64,000 nt of DNA from contig CAZONM010000001.1 in assembly GCA_964580865.1 (NCBI GenBank), positions 2,825-66,824 on the forward strand, written 5' to 3'. Below, piece after piece: positions 28,343-37,673 of the stretch. Position 1 is the stretch's first letter; each line of letters opens with the position of its first letter. Source of the DNA: an uncultured Myxococcales bacterium (lineage in GTDB: Bacteria > Myxococcota > UBA727 > VGSZ01). The position numbers and the translations under genes were made by a program. A model generated the notes under the pieces. The model was not told where the DNA came from. It worked only from the letters and a program-made list of their open reading frames with translations, and searched no databases.

Positions 28343-30592
28343 TCACGACCGCAGCGGCCGCGCGGCCGCGCTTGCGCGCCGCCGCTTGGCGTCTGCCCCG
28401 TCACCGCGCGCCGCCCTCTGCGCGAGCCCACGAATGCGGTGCGAGAGCGCCAAGAGCTCGGGCGACGCCTCGGCGTCGAGCTCACCCTCGAGCAGGCGGC
28501 GGTGCTCCTCGAACGCGGCCTGCGCCTCGCGCGGCCGCCCGAGCTCCTGCAAGAGCTCCATCTGCGCGATCAACAGGTCCTCGCGGAACGGGCTCGCGCG
28601 CAGCGCGCGCCGCCAGCAGGAGAGCACCTTCTCGTGGTTGCCCTGGGAGCGATGCACGCGCGCCAGGCGCTCGAGCGCGTCGATGTACGCCTCGCGCAGC
28701 GCGGCGCGCTCGGCGTCGCACCACTCGGCGAACGGCTCGTCGGCGAACAGCTCGCCGCGGTAGGTGTCGACCGCCTCCTCGAGCGCGGCCGCCGCCTCGG
28801 GCGCGCCCTCGTCGTCGCCGCGCACGCCGCGCGCCAGCGCTTGGCGGAAGCGCACCAGGTCCACGTCGATGGGGCCGCTCATGTCGAGGTAGTACAGCTC
28901 GCCGCGGTTACGCACGTACTTCCAGTCGCGGTCGGTGCGGCTCGGCTCGATCACCGAGCGCAGATCGTGCACCACGCCGTGCAGGCGGTTCGCGCCTTGG
29001 CGCGGCTCCACCTCGGGCCACAGCTGCTCGATGAGCACGTCGCGGTTGACGGGCGCGCCCGCGTTGAGCGCCAAGAGCTTGAGCAAGACGAGCGCCTTGC
29101 CGCGCGTGAAGCTCTCGGCGGGGATGGGCTGGCCACGTCGCCACACGGCGAAGGGCCCGAAGCAGCGCAGCTCGAGCTCGGGCGCCACCCCGCCGCCGAT
29201 GGCTACGAGCTCGCCGCTCTCGCCCGTCGCGCGCACCGCCACGCCGGTCGCATGCCCCTGCAGGCGGATGGCGAGCTGGCTCGCCATGCACAGGAGCGGC
29301 ACCAGGCGCGCATGCGTGTGCTCGGGCGCCGCGCGGCCGAAGTCGAGCACCACGAGCCCGTGCAGGCGCCCGTTGGCGACGAGCGGCAGGCAGCAGGGGC
29401 TGACGGCGCGCCGCGGCAGTCCACAGCGGCATGCCTCGGGCCACTCGCGGCGCCCGGGCTGCGCGGCCACGCCGTGCGCCGCGAGCAGCGACGTGCAGCT
29501 CGCGAGCGCGCCGCTCTCGGCGTGCGCGCACACGAGCGAGGCCGGGCCGGTCGACACCACGCGGCTCGGGCGATCGGTGGTGGGATCGATGAGCGCGAGC
29601 GTGCCGTACTGGGCGCCCGCCACCTGCTTCATCAGCTCCAGCACCGCGCGCAGCTGGCGGCCGCCGTCGTCGAGGTCGCCGCACACCGCGTCCACCGACT
29701 GGCGCAAGGCGGCCAGGCCCGCGCGCACCGCGCTCGCCATCGGCACCGCGGCGCGCTCCAAGAGCTCCTGCACGCGGTCGACGGGAAAATCGTCGCGCCG
29801 CGACAGGAGGTGCAACGAGCCGAGCACGCCGCGCGCGTCGGGGAGCGGCACGGCCACCAGCGAGCGGATGCCCGCCTCCACCACGCTCGTGCGCAGGTAG
29901 CGCGGATCGTCGCCCAAATTGCCCCTGCGCGCGATGGGCAGCCCCGTGGCCACCACCAAGCCCGGGTACCCTGCGCCGGCGGAGAAGCGCGTGCGTGTCA
30001 CCAGCGCGTCGTCGTCAGGGCCCGTCCACACGCACAAGAGCGGGTCGCGGCCCTCGGGCTCGCACAGGAAGATCTCGGCGTCGTCGGCGCCGGTGGCGCG
30101 CACCAACACGCGCAGCGCGCGCCGCAGCCCCTCGAGCATGTCGTCGGAGGCCACGGCCGCCGCCACCTCGCCCACGATGGCGGCGACGTTGAAGTCGCCG
30201 GCCACGTCGTCGAGGACCAGGGCGCGCTTGACCACCGTGCGCAGCTGATCGTTGGCGAACGGCTTCGCCAGGTAGTCGCACGCGCCCGAGCGCATGGCCT
30301 CGACGGCCGAGTCGATGGTGCCGTAGCCGCTCATGAGCGCGACCTTGGTGAGCGGCCAGTGCTGGCGCGCGTGGCGCAGCAGCTCGAGGCCGCTCATGGC
30401 GGGCAGCACCACGTCGCACAGCACCAGGTCGAACTCGGCCTCGCGCAGGCGCTCGAGCGCGTCCTCGGCGCTGTGCACGGCCTCGGCGGCCACGCCCTCG
30501 AGCGCCAGGCGCTCCACGATCACGGCCGCGACCTCGTGGTGATCGTCGACGACGAGGAGGCGCGCGGGGCGGGGCGCTGGCACGAGCGGCAC
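28343..30592 (-). CDS. multi-domain regulator: receiver (REC) - GAF - GAF - OmpR-type winged helix - BTAD (SARP/AfsR-like)
   Basis: 749 aa. REC: LLVVDDHHEV...DLVLCDVVLPAMSGLELL...KPF. Two GAF-like segments at ~150-450. wHTH: LRCFGPFAVWRRGQPIP...GKALVLLKLLALNAGAPVNRDVLIEQLWPE. BTAD/TPR-like tail: VDTYRGELFADEPFAEWCDAERAALREAYIDALERLA. Confidence 0.8.
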   Translation of the reverse strand: MPLVPAPRPARLLVVDDHHEVAAVIVERLALEGVAAEAVHSAEDALERLREAEFDLVLCDVVLPAMSGLELLRHARQHWPLTKVALMSGYGTIDSAVEAMRSGACDYLAKPFANDQLRTVVKRALVLDDVAGDFNVAAIVGEVAAAVASDDMLEGLRRALRVLVRATGADDAEIFLCEPEGRDPLLCVWTGPDDDALVTRTRFSAGAGYPGLVVATGLPIARRGNLGDDPRYLRTSVVEAGIRSLVAVPLPDARGVLGSLHLLSRRDDFPVDRVQELLERAAVPMASAVRAGLAALRQSVDAVCGDLDDGGRQLRAVLELMKQVAGAQYGTLALIDPTTDRPSRVVSTGPASLVCAHAESGALASCTSLLAAHGVAAQPGRREWPEACRCGLPRRAVSPCCLPLVANGRLHGLVVLDFGRAAPEHTHARLVPLLCMASQLAIRLQGHATGVAVRATGESGELVAIGGGVAPELELRCFGPFAVWRRGQPIPAESFTRGKALVLLKLLALNAGAPVNRDVLIEQLWPEVEPRQGANRLHGVVHDLRSVIEPSRTDRDWKYVRNRGELYYLDMSGPIDVDLVRFRQALARGVRGDDEGAPEAAAALEEAVDTYRGELFADEPFAEWCDAERAALREAYIDALERLARVHRSQGNHEKVLSCWRRALRASPFREDLLIAQMELLQELGRPREAQAAFEEHRRLLEGELDAEASPELLALSHRIRGLAQRAARGDGADAKRRRASAAARPLRS

Positions 30593-30595
30593 CGG

Positions 30596-31615
30596 TCAGC
30601 CCCCGATCCGCGACATCCCGATGGTGGTGATGGCGCCTTCGCTCCACGCGTGGCCCATGGGCTTGAGCGCGGCCGCGCTGGTGAAGCGCGCCTCGATGAG
30701 CGCCTCGTCGCGCGCGCGCGCGGCGTCGCGCAGGGGCACGCTCACCTCGTAGGCCAGGCACGGGCGCAGCTCGCCGGTGGAGGTGAGGCGGAAGCGGCTG
30801 CACGAGTCGCAGTAGCGATCGGAGATGGGCGTGATGAACCCCACCACGCCGAGCGCGCCCGGGATGCGCCAGTAGCGCGCCGGCCCGTTGCCCGGCAGGC
30901 CGCTCGTCGACACTAAGCCGTAGTCGGCCGTGAGCCGCTGGCGCACCTTGGTGAGGTCGACGTAGCGCTCGGCGAGGTTCTGCGCCGCGCCCTCGCCCAC
31001 GGGCATGAGCTCGAGCAGGCGCACCACCAGATCGTGCTCGCGCGTCAGCTCCACCCAGGCGTCGATCTCGTCGTCGTTCATGCCCTTCAAGACCAGCACG
31101 TTGATCTTGAGCGGCCGCAGGCCCGCGCCGGCGGCCTTGCGCACGCCGCGCCACACGTCGTCGAGGGAGCCGTTGCACGTGATGGCGCGGAAGCGCTCGG
31201 GCTTGAGCGAGTCGACGCTGACGGTGAGGCGATCGAGCCCGGCCGCGGCCAGCTGGTCGACGTGGCGCTCGAGCAGCATGCCGTTGGTGGTCATGGCCAC
31301 CTCGCGCACGGTGGTCTCGCGCTTGAGCTGGGCGATGAGGTCGGGCACGCCGGCGCGCACCAGCGGCTCACCGCCGGTGATGCGCACGCGGTTGACGCCG
31401 AGGCGGCTCGCCACGCGCACGATGGCGGTGATGTCGTCGAACGACAGCAGCTCGTCGGGCCGCTCGAAGGCGTGCAGCCCGCGCGGCAGGCAGTACTCGC
31501 AGCGCAGGTTGCAGCGATCGGTCACCGAGATGCGCAGGCTCTTGACCGTGCGGCCGCAGCTGTCGGCCAGCGTGGCCCCGCCACCCGTGCGCCCCGTTGC
31601 GAGCTCACCCGCCAT
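30596..31615 (-). CDS. moaA: GTP 3',8-cyclase MoaA (molybdenum cofactor biosynthesis, radical SAM)
   Basis: 339 aa; radical-SAM CNLRCEYC cluster and C-terminal CDSCSRFRLTSTGELRPC cluster; GGEPL motif. Confidence 0.93.
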   Translation of the reverse strand: MAGELATGRTGGGATLADSCGRTVKSLRISVTDRCNLRCEYCLPRGLHAFERPDELLSFDDITAIVRVASRLGVNRVRITGGEPLVRAGVPDLIAQLKRETTVREVAMTTNGMLLERHVDQLAAAGLDRLTVSVDSLKPERFRAITCNGSLDDVWRGVRKAAGAGLRPLKINVLVLKGMNDDEIDAWVELTREHDLVVRLLELMPVGEGAAQNLAERYVDLTKVRQRLTADYGLVSTSGLPGNGPARYWRIPGALGVVGFITPISDRYCDSCSRFRLTSTGELRPCLAYEVSVPLRDAARARDEALIEARFTSAAALKPMGHAWSEGAITTIGMSRIGG

Positions 31616-31733
31616 GCGCGCTCCTCGAGAAAGGTCGACGACCCGTTGGTCTTGGCGCCTAGAACCTAGCGGGTCAACGGTGTCGGCGCGGATCCGGGTG
31701 CGGCAAAAAGCCGCCCGCGATCACCCGGCCCGC

Positions 31734-33419
31734 TCAGTAGCGCCACGCCACCGACAGCTCGGCGTAGTGAGCCCAAGCGCTCGCCCCGGCGACGAGCCCC
31801 GCGTTGTCTCGCGCCTCGAAGGTGTAGCGCGCCGTGGCCGTGACGCCCCCGAGGCCGCGATCCCAGCCGGCGCTCGAGAGCCGGCCGCCATCGACCGTGA
31901 AGGCCAGGCCCACGCCGAGCTGGAGCGTGTGCTCGATGACGGGCTGCGTGAGGAAGCGCGTGAACGGCTGCCCCGTGGGATCATCGAAGGGCGGCTGGAA
32001 CGTGGGCTCGCCGTCGAGGTAGCCGTCGTCGAGCACCGAGCCGTCGCGCCCCGGGATCACGCCCGCGCTGGCGTTGCCGTGCCGCACGAGCGCGGCCGAG
32101 GCCTCGAGATCCAACAGGCCGCGCTCCACGTCGTCGCGCGCGCGCACCAGCGCGCGCAGCTGCACGCGGTCCGAATTGGGCGGCAGCGCGGGGCCGAAGC
32201 TCTGCCCCGCGTTCGTGTAGTTGAACCAGTTGAGCCCGCCGCCGCCGTCGCCGATGTGCGTGTACATGTACGGCATCACCGCGGTGTAATCGACGGTGAC
32301 GAGGCGCAGGCCCTGGTGGAGCCCCGGGCGCCCGCGCCCCAGGAGCGCCGCCGGCGACAGCGCGGCGCCCACCTGCGCGGCCAGCTTGTACTTGGTGTCG
32401 AGCTGCAGGCGCGCCAGGTCGTTGAAGCTCGCGTCGTCGAGGAAGACCACGCCCTTGAGGTCGAGCCCGGCCAGCGGGCTCACGCGCGCGTCGACGCCCA
32501 CGAGCGCGTTGTCGGCGAAGCCGCTCAGCCCCTGGCTGTGAAAGTACGTCGCCACGGGGATGAAGTAGAGCAGCTCGAAGCGCCCACCCGAGACCACGGC
32601 CTCGAAGGCGCCGAGGTCGAGCCAGGGTGCCGCGTGGAAGTCGATGGCGTGCAGGTGCAGGTGCTTGCCGGTGATGGCGCCCTGGCCCGCGTCGTCGGTG
32701 GCGGTGAGCTCGTAGAGCGCCAGCTGCGCCGTCACGAGCGGCCGGCGCAGCACCAGCGAGAACGCGCCCGCCTGCGGGGCCTGCTGCCCGATGACGACGC
32801 CGTTGTGCCAAAAGGGGCCCGCGCGGTGGCGGCCGAGGCCGGCTTGGAACAACAGCTCGCCGTTGCCGTCGCCGATGCCCACGGAGCCGTGGGAGGTCTG
32901 GCGCAAGAAGAACGTCTGCCCGCCGAGGTCGAGGTCGGCGTCGTCGTAGATCAGATCCTCGCGCGCGCCCGAGTACGCCGGCAGCGCGAGCCCGTCGTCG
33001 GTGCGCACGGCCATCAGCTGGTAGCGCGCGGCGCCGCCGAGCCAGCTCGTCGCCATGCCTTGGAGCGACGGCTCGACCGTGGCCTTGAAGAACGGCCCAC
33101 CGGCGTCGCTCGCGCGGCGCTCCTCCATACGCAGCGTGAGGTGCAGCGGGTCGTCGAGCTGGCTGAGCAGCCAGGCGGCGCGCGCCCGGTCGGCGGGCCA
33201 GGCGGCGTGATTGCCCGCGACGTCCGCGAGCAGGCGGCGCACCATCTGCAACGGATAGGGCTGCAGCGACGGCAGCCGGCGCAGCAGGCCTTGGGCCTCC
33301 CACACCTCGAGCTCGGTGTAGAGGACGTCCGTGGGATCGGCGACGGCCTGCGCGCGCAGCGGGCCGGCCGCGAGGGCGAGCGCGCCAGCGAGCGCGCGCG
33401 CCCACCGGCCGAACGTCAA
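31734..33419 (-). CDS. outer-membrane beta-barrel protein (candidate polysaccharide-export porin, Wzp/PgaA-like), hypothetical
   Basis: The listed 867-aa ORF has an implausible Arg-rich N-terminal extension. An in-frame TTG at 33419 gives the signal peptide (M)TFGRWARALAGALALAAGPLRAQA and overlaps the stop of the upstream WecA-like gene (TTGA); the body is an amphipathic beta-strand protein ending ...SVAWRY. Confidence 0.6.
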   Translation of the reverse strand: MTFGRWARALAGALALAAGPLRAQAVADPTDVLYTELEVWEAQGLLRRLPSLQPYPLQMVRRLLADVAGNHAAWPADRARAAWLLSQLDDPLHLTLRMEERRASDAGGPFFKATVEPSLQGMATSWLGGAARYQLMAVRTDDGLALPAYSGAREDLIYDDADLDLGGQTFFLRQTSHGSVGIGDGNGELLFQAGLGRHRAGPFWHNGVVIGQQAPQAGAFSLVLRRPLVTAQLALYELTATDDAGQGAITGKHLHLHAIDFHAAPWLDLGAFEAVVSGGRFELLYFIPVATYFHSQGLSGFADNALVGVDARVSPLAGLDLKGVVFLDDASFNDLARLQLDTKYKLAAQVGAALSPAALLGRGRPGLHQGLRLVTVDYTAVMPYMYTHIGDGGGGLNWFNYTNAGQSFGPALPPNSDRVQLRALVRARDDVERGLLDLEASAALVRHGNASAGVIPGRDGSVLDDGYLDGEPTFQPPFDDPTGQPFTRFLTQPVIEHTLQLGVGLAFTVDGGRLSSAGWDRGLGGVTATARYTFEARDNAGLVAGASAWAHYAELSVAWRY

Positions 33420-34915
33420 TCGAGCACCGCGCGTCCGGCGGGCTGCGCGCTCGGGCTCCACAGCGCGGGCGTGCTCGCGGGATCGAGGGCGGGCCGGTGC
33501 TGACGGCGGCGCACGTCGCTGAGCGCCACGTGCAACGAGCGCAGCGCCTTCTTGCGGGCGGCGTGCATGGGGGCCGTGATCGGGCGCCCGTCCCACTGCA
33601 CCTCGAGCTCGCCCACGGTGTCGCGCCGGCCGATGGGCAGGCGCAGCACCGAGCGTCCTGCGTCGGGGGGCGCGCGGCGCTCGCCATCGTGCCAGGCGAG
33701 CACGCGCGTCGCGTCGTGAGCGTCGCGCACCTCGAGCCGCACCGCGTTGCAGCCGAGGGTGGGCAAGAGGGCCTCGATCTCGCGCCAGGCGCTGTCGAGG
33801 TTCGGCGCGGCGCGCACCTGCGACGCGGCCGTGCGCGCGCGCACCACGAGCCTCTTGCCCGACATGGGGACCACGCCGAAGAGACCCACGCGCCGCACCA
33901 GCAGCGCGCCGATGGCGGCCGCGGCCACCAGCGCCACCGCGCGGCGCACCGGGTTGTCGTCGAGCAGCTCCAGGCCGGCCAGGCCGAAGACGGCGGCCAC
34001 GCCCCAGAGCGTCAGCACCGCGCCGCGGTGCGTGAGGCCAAGCGCCATCAGGCGGTGGTGCAGGTGCTCGCGATCGGGCGAGAACGGGTTCTGCCCGCGC
34101 GCCATGCGGCGCACGATGCACAGCGTGGTGTCGAGGAGCGGCACCGCCAGCGCCAAGAGCGGCACCAGCGTGACCGTGAGCGCGGCGTTGGCCTTCTGGT
34201 GCGTCCACAAGGACGCCACGGCCAGGAAGAAGCCGAGGAAGAGCGAGCCCGAGTCGCCAAGGAAGATGCGCGCGGGGTTGAAGTTGAAGATCAGGAAGCC
34301 AACGAGGGAGCCGGCCAGCGCCACCATCAGCAGGCACAACAGCACGTGGTCAGCCGCGAACGCGACGCCGGCGAGCACCAACGTGGCGGCCAGCGCGATG
34401 CCCGCCGCGAGCCCGTCGAGCCCGTCAATGAGGTTGACGGCGTTGACCACGCCCACGATCCACAAGAGCGTCACCGGCATCGAGAGCAGCCCGAGCTCGA
34501 CCATGATGCCCATGGATCCGCCGAGGTGCTCGATGCGGAAGCCCACGGCCCACATGGCCGCGGCCACGGCGAACTGCACGACGAACTTCTGCCGCGCGCG
34601 CATGCCGCGCAGGTCGTCGTAGATGCCGAGCGCGACGATGGCGACACCGCCGCCGATGAACCCGAGCGTCAGGCGCAGGTCGGCGTAGACCGCGTTGGCG
34701 ACGTCGTTGTCGTGCAGCGCCAGGGCGATGACGGGGGTGAGGAAGGCCGCGGCCACCGCGATGCCGCCCAGGCGCGGCACGGCGCGACCGTGGAGCTTGC
34801 GGATCGCGTCGGGTTGGTCGAGCAACCGCCGCTTGCGTGCGAGCAGGGCCACCAGTGGCGTCAGCGCGGCGGCCACGAGCAGGGCGAGCAGGAACGCGAC
34901 GACGTAGGTTAGCAC
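33416..34915 (-). CDS. initiating UDP-HexNAc:undecaprenyl-phosphate HexNAc-1-phosphate transferase (WecA/WbpL/MraY family, GT4 PNPT) with a C-terminal cytoplasmic extension
   Basis: ORF 33416..35077; GTG at 34915 is preceded by an AGGGAGG Shine-Dalgarno; PNPT motifs VNAVNLIDGLDGLAAG, NPARIFLGDSGSLFLGF, and the N-terminus LTP...DQPDAIRKLHGRAVPRLGG. Confidence 0.8.
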   Translation of the reverse strand: MLTYVVAFLLALLVAAALTPLVALLARKRRLLDQPDAIRKLHGRAVPRLGGIAVAAAFLTPVIALALHDNDVANAVYADLRLTLGFIGGGVAIVALGIYDDLRGMRARQKFVVQFAVAAAMWAVGFRIEHLGGSMGIMVELGLLSMPVTLLWIVGVVNAVNLIDGLDGLAAGIALAATLVLAGVAFAADHVLLCLLMVALAGSLVGFLIFNFNPARIFLGDSGSLFLGFFLAVASLWTHQKANAALTVTLVPLLALAVPLLDTTLCIVRRMARGQNPFSPDREHLHHRLMALGLTHRGAVLTLWGVAAVFGLAGLELLDDNPVRRAVALVAAAAIGALLVRRVGLFGVVPMSGKRLVVRARTAASQVRAAPNLDSAWREIEALLPTLGCNAVRLEVRDAHDATRVLAWHDGERRAPPDAGRSVLRLPIGRRDTVGELEVQWDGRPITAPMHAARKKALRSLHVALSDVRRRQHRPALDPASTPALWSPSAQPAGRAVLD

Positions 34916-35255
34916 GTAGGCCTCCCTACGACACGCACCCACATCTTCGAGGTCCACCCCGATGCGTCGACTCTTCCGTCGAACAAGACCGGCTGCGCAA
35001 TCACACCAGCCTCCCAAGGAAATCCAACAACATGGCGCCGGGTCCCCGCCCGGAGCGCTTGGAAGAATGCCTGACAAATGGGACTTTCACCAGTCGATTC
35101 CCCATCGGGAGTGATCCGTACCTCTTCGAGACAGGTCGCCGGCCTCGGGGCCCACCCGACCAGGCCGAAAGGGTCGAAAAACTGGACACCCGAGCCCGTG
35201 CCCGATACCAACGGCGTCACCGGTGTGGGGCCCGTTACCGCCCCCGCACGGCTTG

Positions 35256-37673
35256 ATGATGCGGCGTGTCTTTGCCTGTTTCCTGGCGTTGACGGCAGCC
35301 AGCCTTGGCGCAGCCCGCGTGCGTGCCCAGGACCCGGCCGACCTGCAAAATTCGAGCGTCCTTGGCGCCGCCATGGGATCGCCTGACGGGTCGGAGGCGT
35401 TGCTGGGCAGCCACGAGGCTGGCGTCGGCGCGCGATCGCGGCGCTACGGCCTCGGCTTGCCGCTCGGCGAAAGCCCCAGCGGCGAGCCCTCGGCGCCCAC
35501 CCCGCACGTCAGCACACCGAAATCAAAGAAGAACCTTGGCCTGACCGGGTTCCAGCGCTTCGTCGAGGGCAGCGTGGGGCGCCTGCTGCCAATCGCGGGC
35601 ATGGAGGCGTTCGAAGGGGCGCCCAGCACGTTTGCCCCGCTCAAGAACCCCCAGGTCCCGGGCGACTACGTCATCGGCCCCGGCGACGAGGTGGTGGGCC
35701 ACATCACGGGCGTCATCGACCAAGGGCTCGCCCTGACGGTGGACGCGAGCGGCAGGGTTGCGATCCCCAAGGTCGGCACCGTCGTGCTGGCCGGCGTGCG
35801 CGCGGCGGACCTCGAGGCCTTCCTCACCAAGGAGCTCAGCCGCAGCTTCCGCAACTTCACGCTCTCGGCCACGCTCGGCCGGCTGCGCGCCGTCGAGATC
35901 TACGTCGTGGGCCAGGCGCGCGCGCCGGGCAAGTACACCGTGAGCGGCCTCTCGTCGGCCGTCAACGCCGTGTTCGCGAGCGGCGGTCCGTCGGAGCATG
36001 GTAGCTTGCGGCGCATCCACGTGTTGCGCGGCGGTGTCGTGGCGGCGCAGCTCGACCTGTACCGCTTCCTCACCCTTGGCGATCACACTGGCGACGTGCC
36101 GTTGCAGAGCGGTGACACGCTCGTGTTCCTTCCGGCCGGGCCGCGGGTGGCGCTGGTGGGGCAGGTGGCGCGCGAGGCGATCTTCGAGCTCGCCCACGAC
36201 GACGAGCCGCTCGGCGATCTGCTCCAGCTCTCGGGTGGCCTGCCGCCGGTGGCGTCGCGGCACCAGGCGACGCTCGAGCGCATCGACCCCGGCGCCAAGG
36301 TCGCGCGTCGCCTGCAGCACCTCACCAGCGACAGCGGCGGCTTGCAGACGCCGCTGCGCGACGGCGACATCGTCACGTTCTTCCCCATCAGCCCCGCGTA
36401 CGACAACGCGATCACCTTGCGCGGCAACGTGGCGCAGCCGATCCGCGTGCCCTTCGCACCCGGCATGCGGGTGAAGGACGTCATCCCCGATCGGCAGGCG
36501 TTGATCACGTTCGACTACTACAAGAAGCGCAACCTCCTGGTGCAGTTCGAGGAGCCGCCGCTGCCGCAGAAGCCCACCTACGGCCCCCTCGGTCAGCTCG
36601 AGGAGCCGCCGCCCCAGAAGACGCCGTTTTGGCGCGACCCGGCCGCGGCCTCGCTGGCCGACGTGCAGGCCGACGCGCGCCAGACCCTCGACACCGTCAA
36701 CTGGCAGTACGCGCTGATCGAGCGCCTGAACACCGCCACGCTCACCACCGAGCTCATCCCCTTTCACCTCGGCAAGGCGGTGCTCGAGGGGGATCGCAAG
36801 GAGAACATCGAGCTCCATGCCGGCGACGTCATCACGGTGTTCGGCGAGAGCGACCTGCAGGTGCCGCAGGCCAAGCGCACGCGCCTGGTGCGCATCGAAG
36901 GCGAGGTGTCGGCGCCCGGCGTGTACCAGCTCGGCCCCGGTGAGACGCTGCCAGCACTGATCGCGCGCGTCGGCGGCTTCACCGAGCAGGCCTACGTCTA
37001 CGGGCTGTCGCTCAAGCGCGCCAGCGTGCGCGAGGCGCAGACGCGCACCCTCGAGACCGTGGCTCGCCAGCTCGAGACCCAGATGCGCGAGGGCTTGGCC
37101 GCGCGGCAGGCGAACATCGGCGGCGGCACCGATTCGGGCACGATGGTGGCCCTGCAGGCACAAACACAAGCCGAGGAGCGCCTGGTCCGCGAGCGCGTCG
37201 AGCGGCTGCGCGCCCTGCGCCCCGAGGGGCGTGTGTCGCTGGAGCTCGATCCCCGCCGGCCGCAGGTGCCCGACGTGCTGCTCGAGGCCGACGACGAGAT
37301 CTTCGTGCCCGCCGTGCCGTCGTTCGTGTCCGTGCTCGGCGCCGTACACAATGAGAACAGCCTGCTGTGGAAACAAGGGCGCACCGTGGCGCAGTACATC
37401 GACATCGCGGGTCTCACCGAGTCCGCAGACGCCGAGAACCTGTTCGTGCTGCGCGCCGACGGCAGCGTCGATGGGCGCAACCGAGGCTTCTGGGCGTTCT
37501 TGGGACCGCAGCCCATCGACACGGAGCTGCAGCCCGGCGACGTCATCGTGGTGCCCGAGCGCGTCGACCTCGAGACGGGCTACACCGTCTTCATGCGCGG
37601 GCTCAAGGACTGGACGCAGATCCTCGCGAACATGGGGCTGGCGGCGGCGGCCATCGCGGTGTTCGCGCGATGA
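35256..37673 (+). CDS. outer-membrane polysaccharide export (OPX) protein, KpsD/Wza-like (Poly_export + SLBB domains)
   Basis: ORF 35223..37673; Met12 start gives the signal peptide MMRRVFACFLALTAASLGAARVRAQ; Poly_export motif PGDYVIGPGDEVVGHITGV...DASGRVAIPKVGTVVLAGV; repeated SLBB-like segments; hydrophobic C-terminal helix ILANMGLAAAAIAVFA. Confidence 0.8.
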   Translation: MMRRVFACFLALTAASLGAARVRAQDPADLQNSSVLGAAMGSPDGSEALLGSHEAGVGARSRRYGLGLPLGESPSGEPSAPTPHVSTPKSKKNLGLTGFQRFVEGSVGRLLPIAGMEAFEGAPSTFAPLKNPQVPGDYVIGPGDEVVGHITGVIDQGLALTVDASGRVAIPKVGTVVLAGVRAADLEAFLTKELSRSFRNFTLSATLGRLRAVEIYVVGQARAPGKYTVSGLSSAVNAVFASGGPSEHGSLRRIHVLRGGVVAAQLDLYRFLTLGDHTGDVPLQSGDTLVFLPAGPRVALVGQVAREAIFELAHDDEPLGDLLQLSGGLPPVASRHQATLERIDPGAKVARRLQHLTSDSGGLQTPLRDGDIVTFFPISPAYDNAITLRGNVAQPIRVPFAPGMRVKDVIPDRQALITFDYYKKRNLLVQFEEPPLPQKPTYGPLGQLEEPPPQKTPFWRDPAAASLADVQADARQTLDTVNWQYALIERLNTATLTTELIPFHLGKAVLEGDRKENIELHAGDVITVFGESDLQVPQAKRTRLVRIEGEVSAPGVYQLGPGETLPALIARVGGFTEQAYVYGLSLKRASVREAQTRTLETVARQLETQMREGLAARQANIGGGTDSGTMVALQAQTQAEERLVRERVERLRALRPEGRVSLELDPRRPQVPDVLLEADDEIFVPAVPSFVSVLGAVHNENSLLWKQGRTVAQYIDIAGLTESADAENLFVLRADGSVDGRNRGFWAFLGPQPIDTELQPGDVIVVPERVDLETGYTVFMRGLKDWTQILANMGLAAAAIAVFAR

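Noticed and set aside
33420-34337. N-terminal 306 codons of the annotated 867-aa ORF 31734..34337
   Set aside because: This part overlaps the WecA-like gene out of frame and is Arg/Pro/Gly-rich. An in-frame TTG at 33419 gives a clean signal peptide and a TTGA coupling overlap, so the shorter 562-aa product is preferred.
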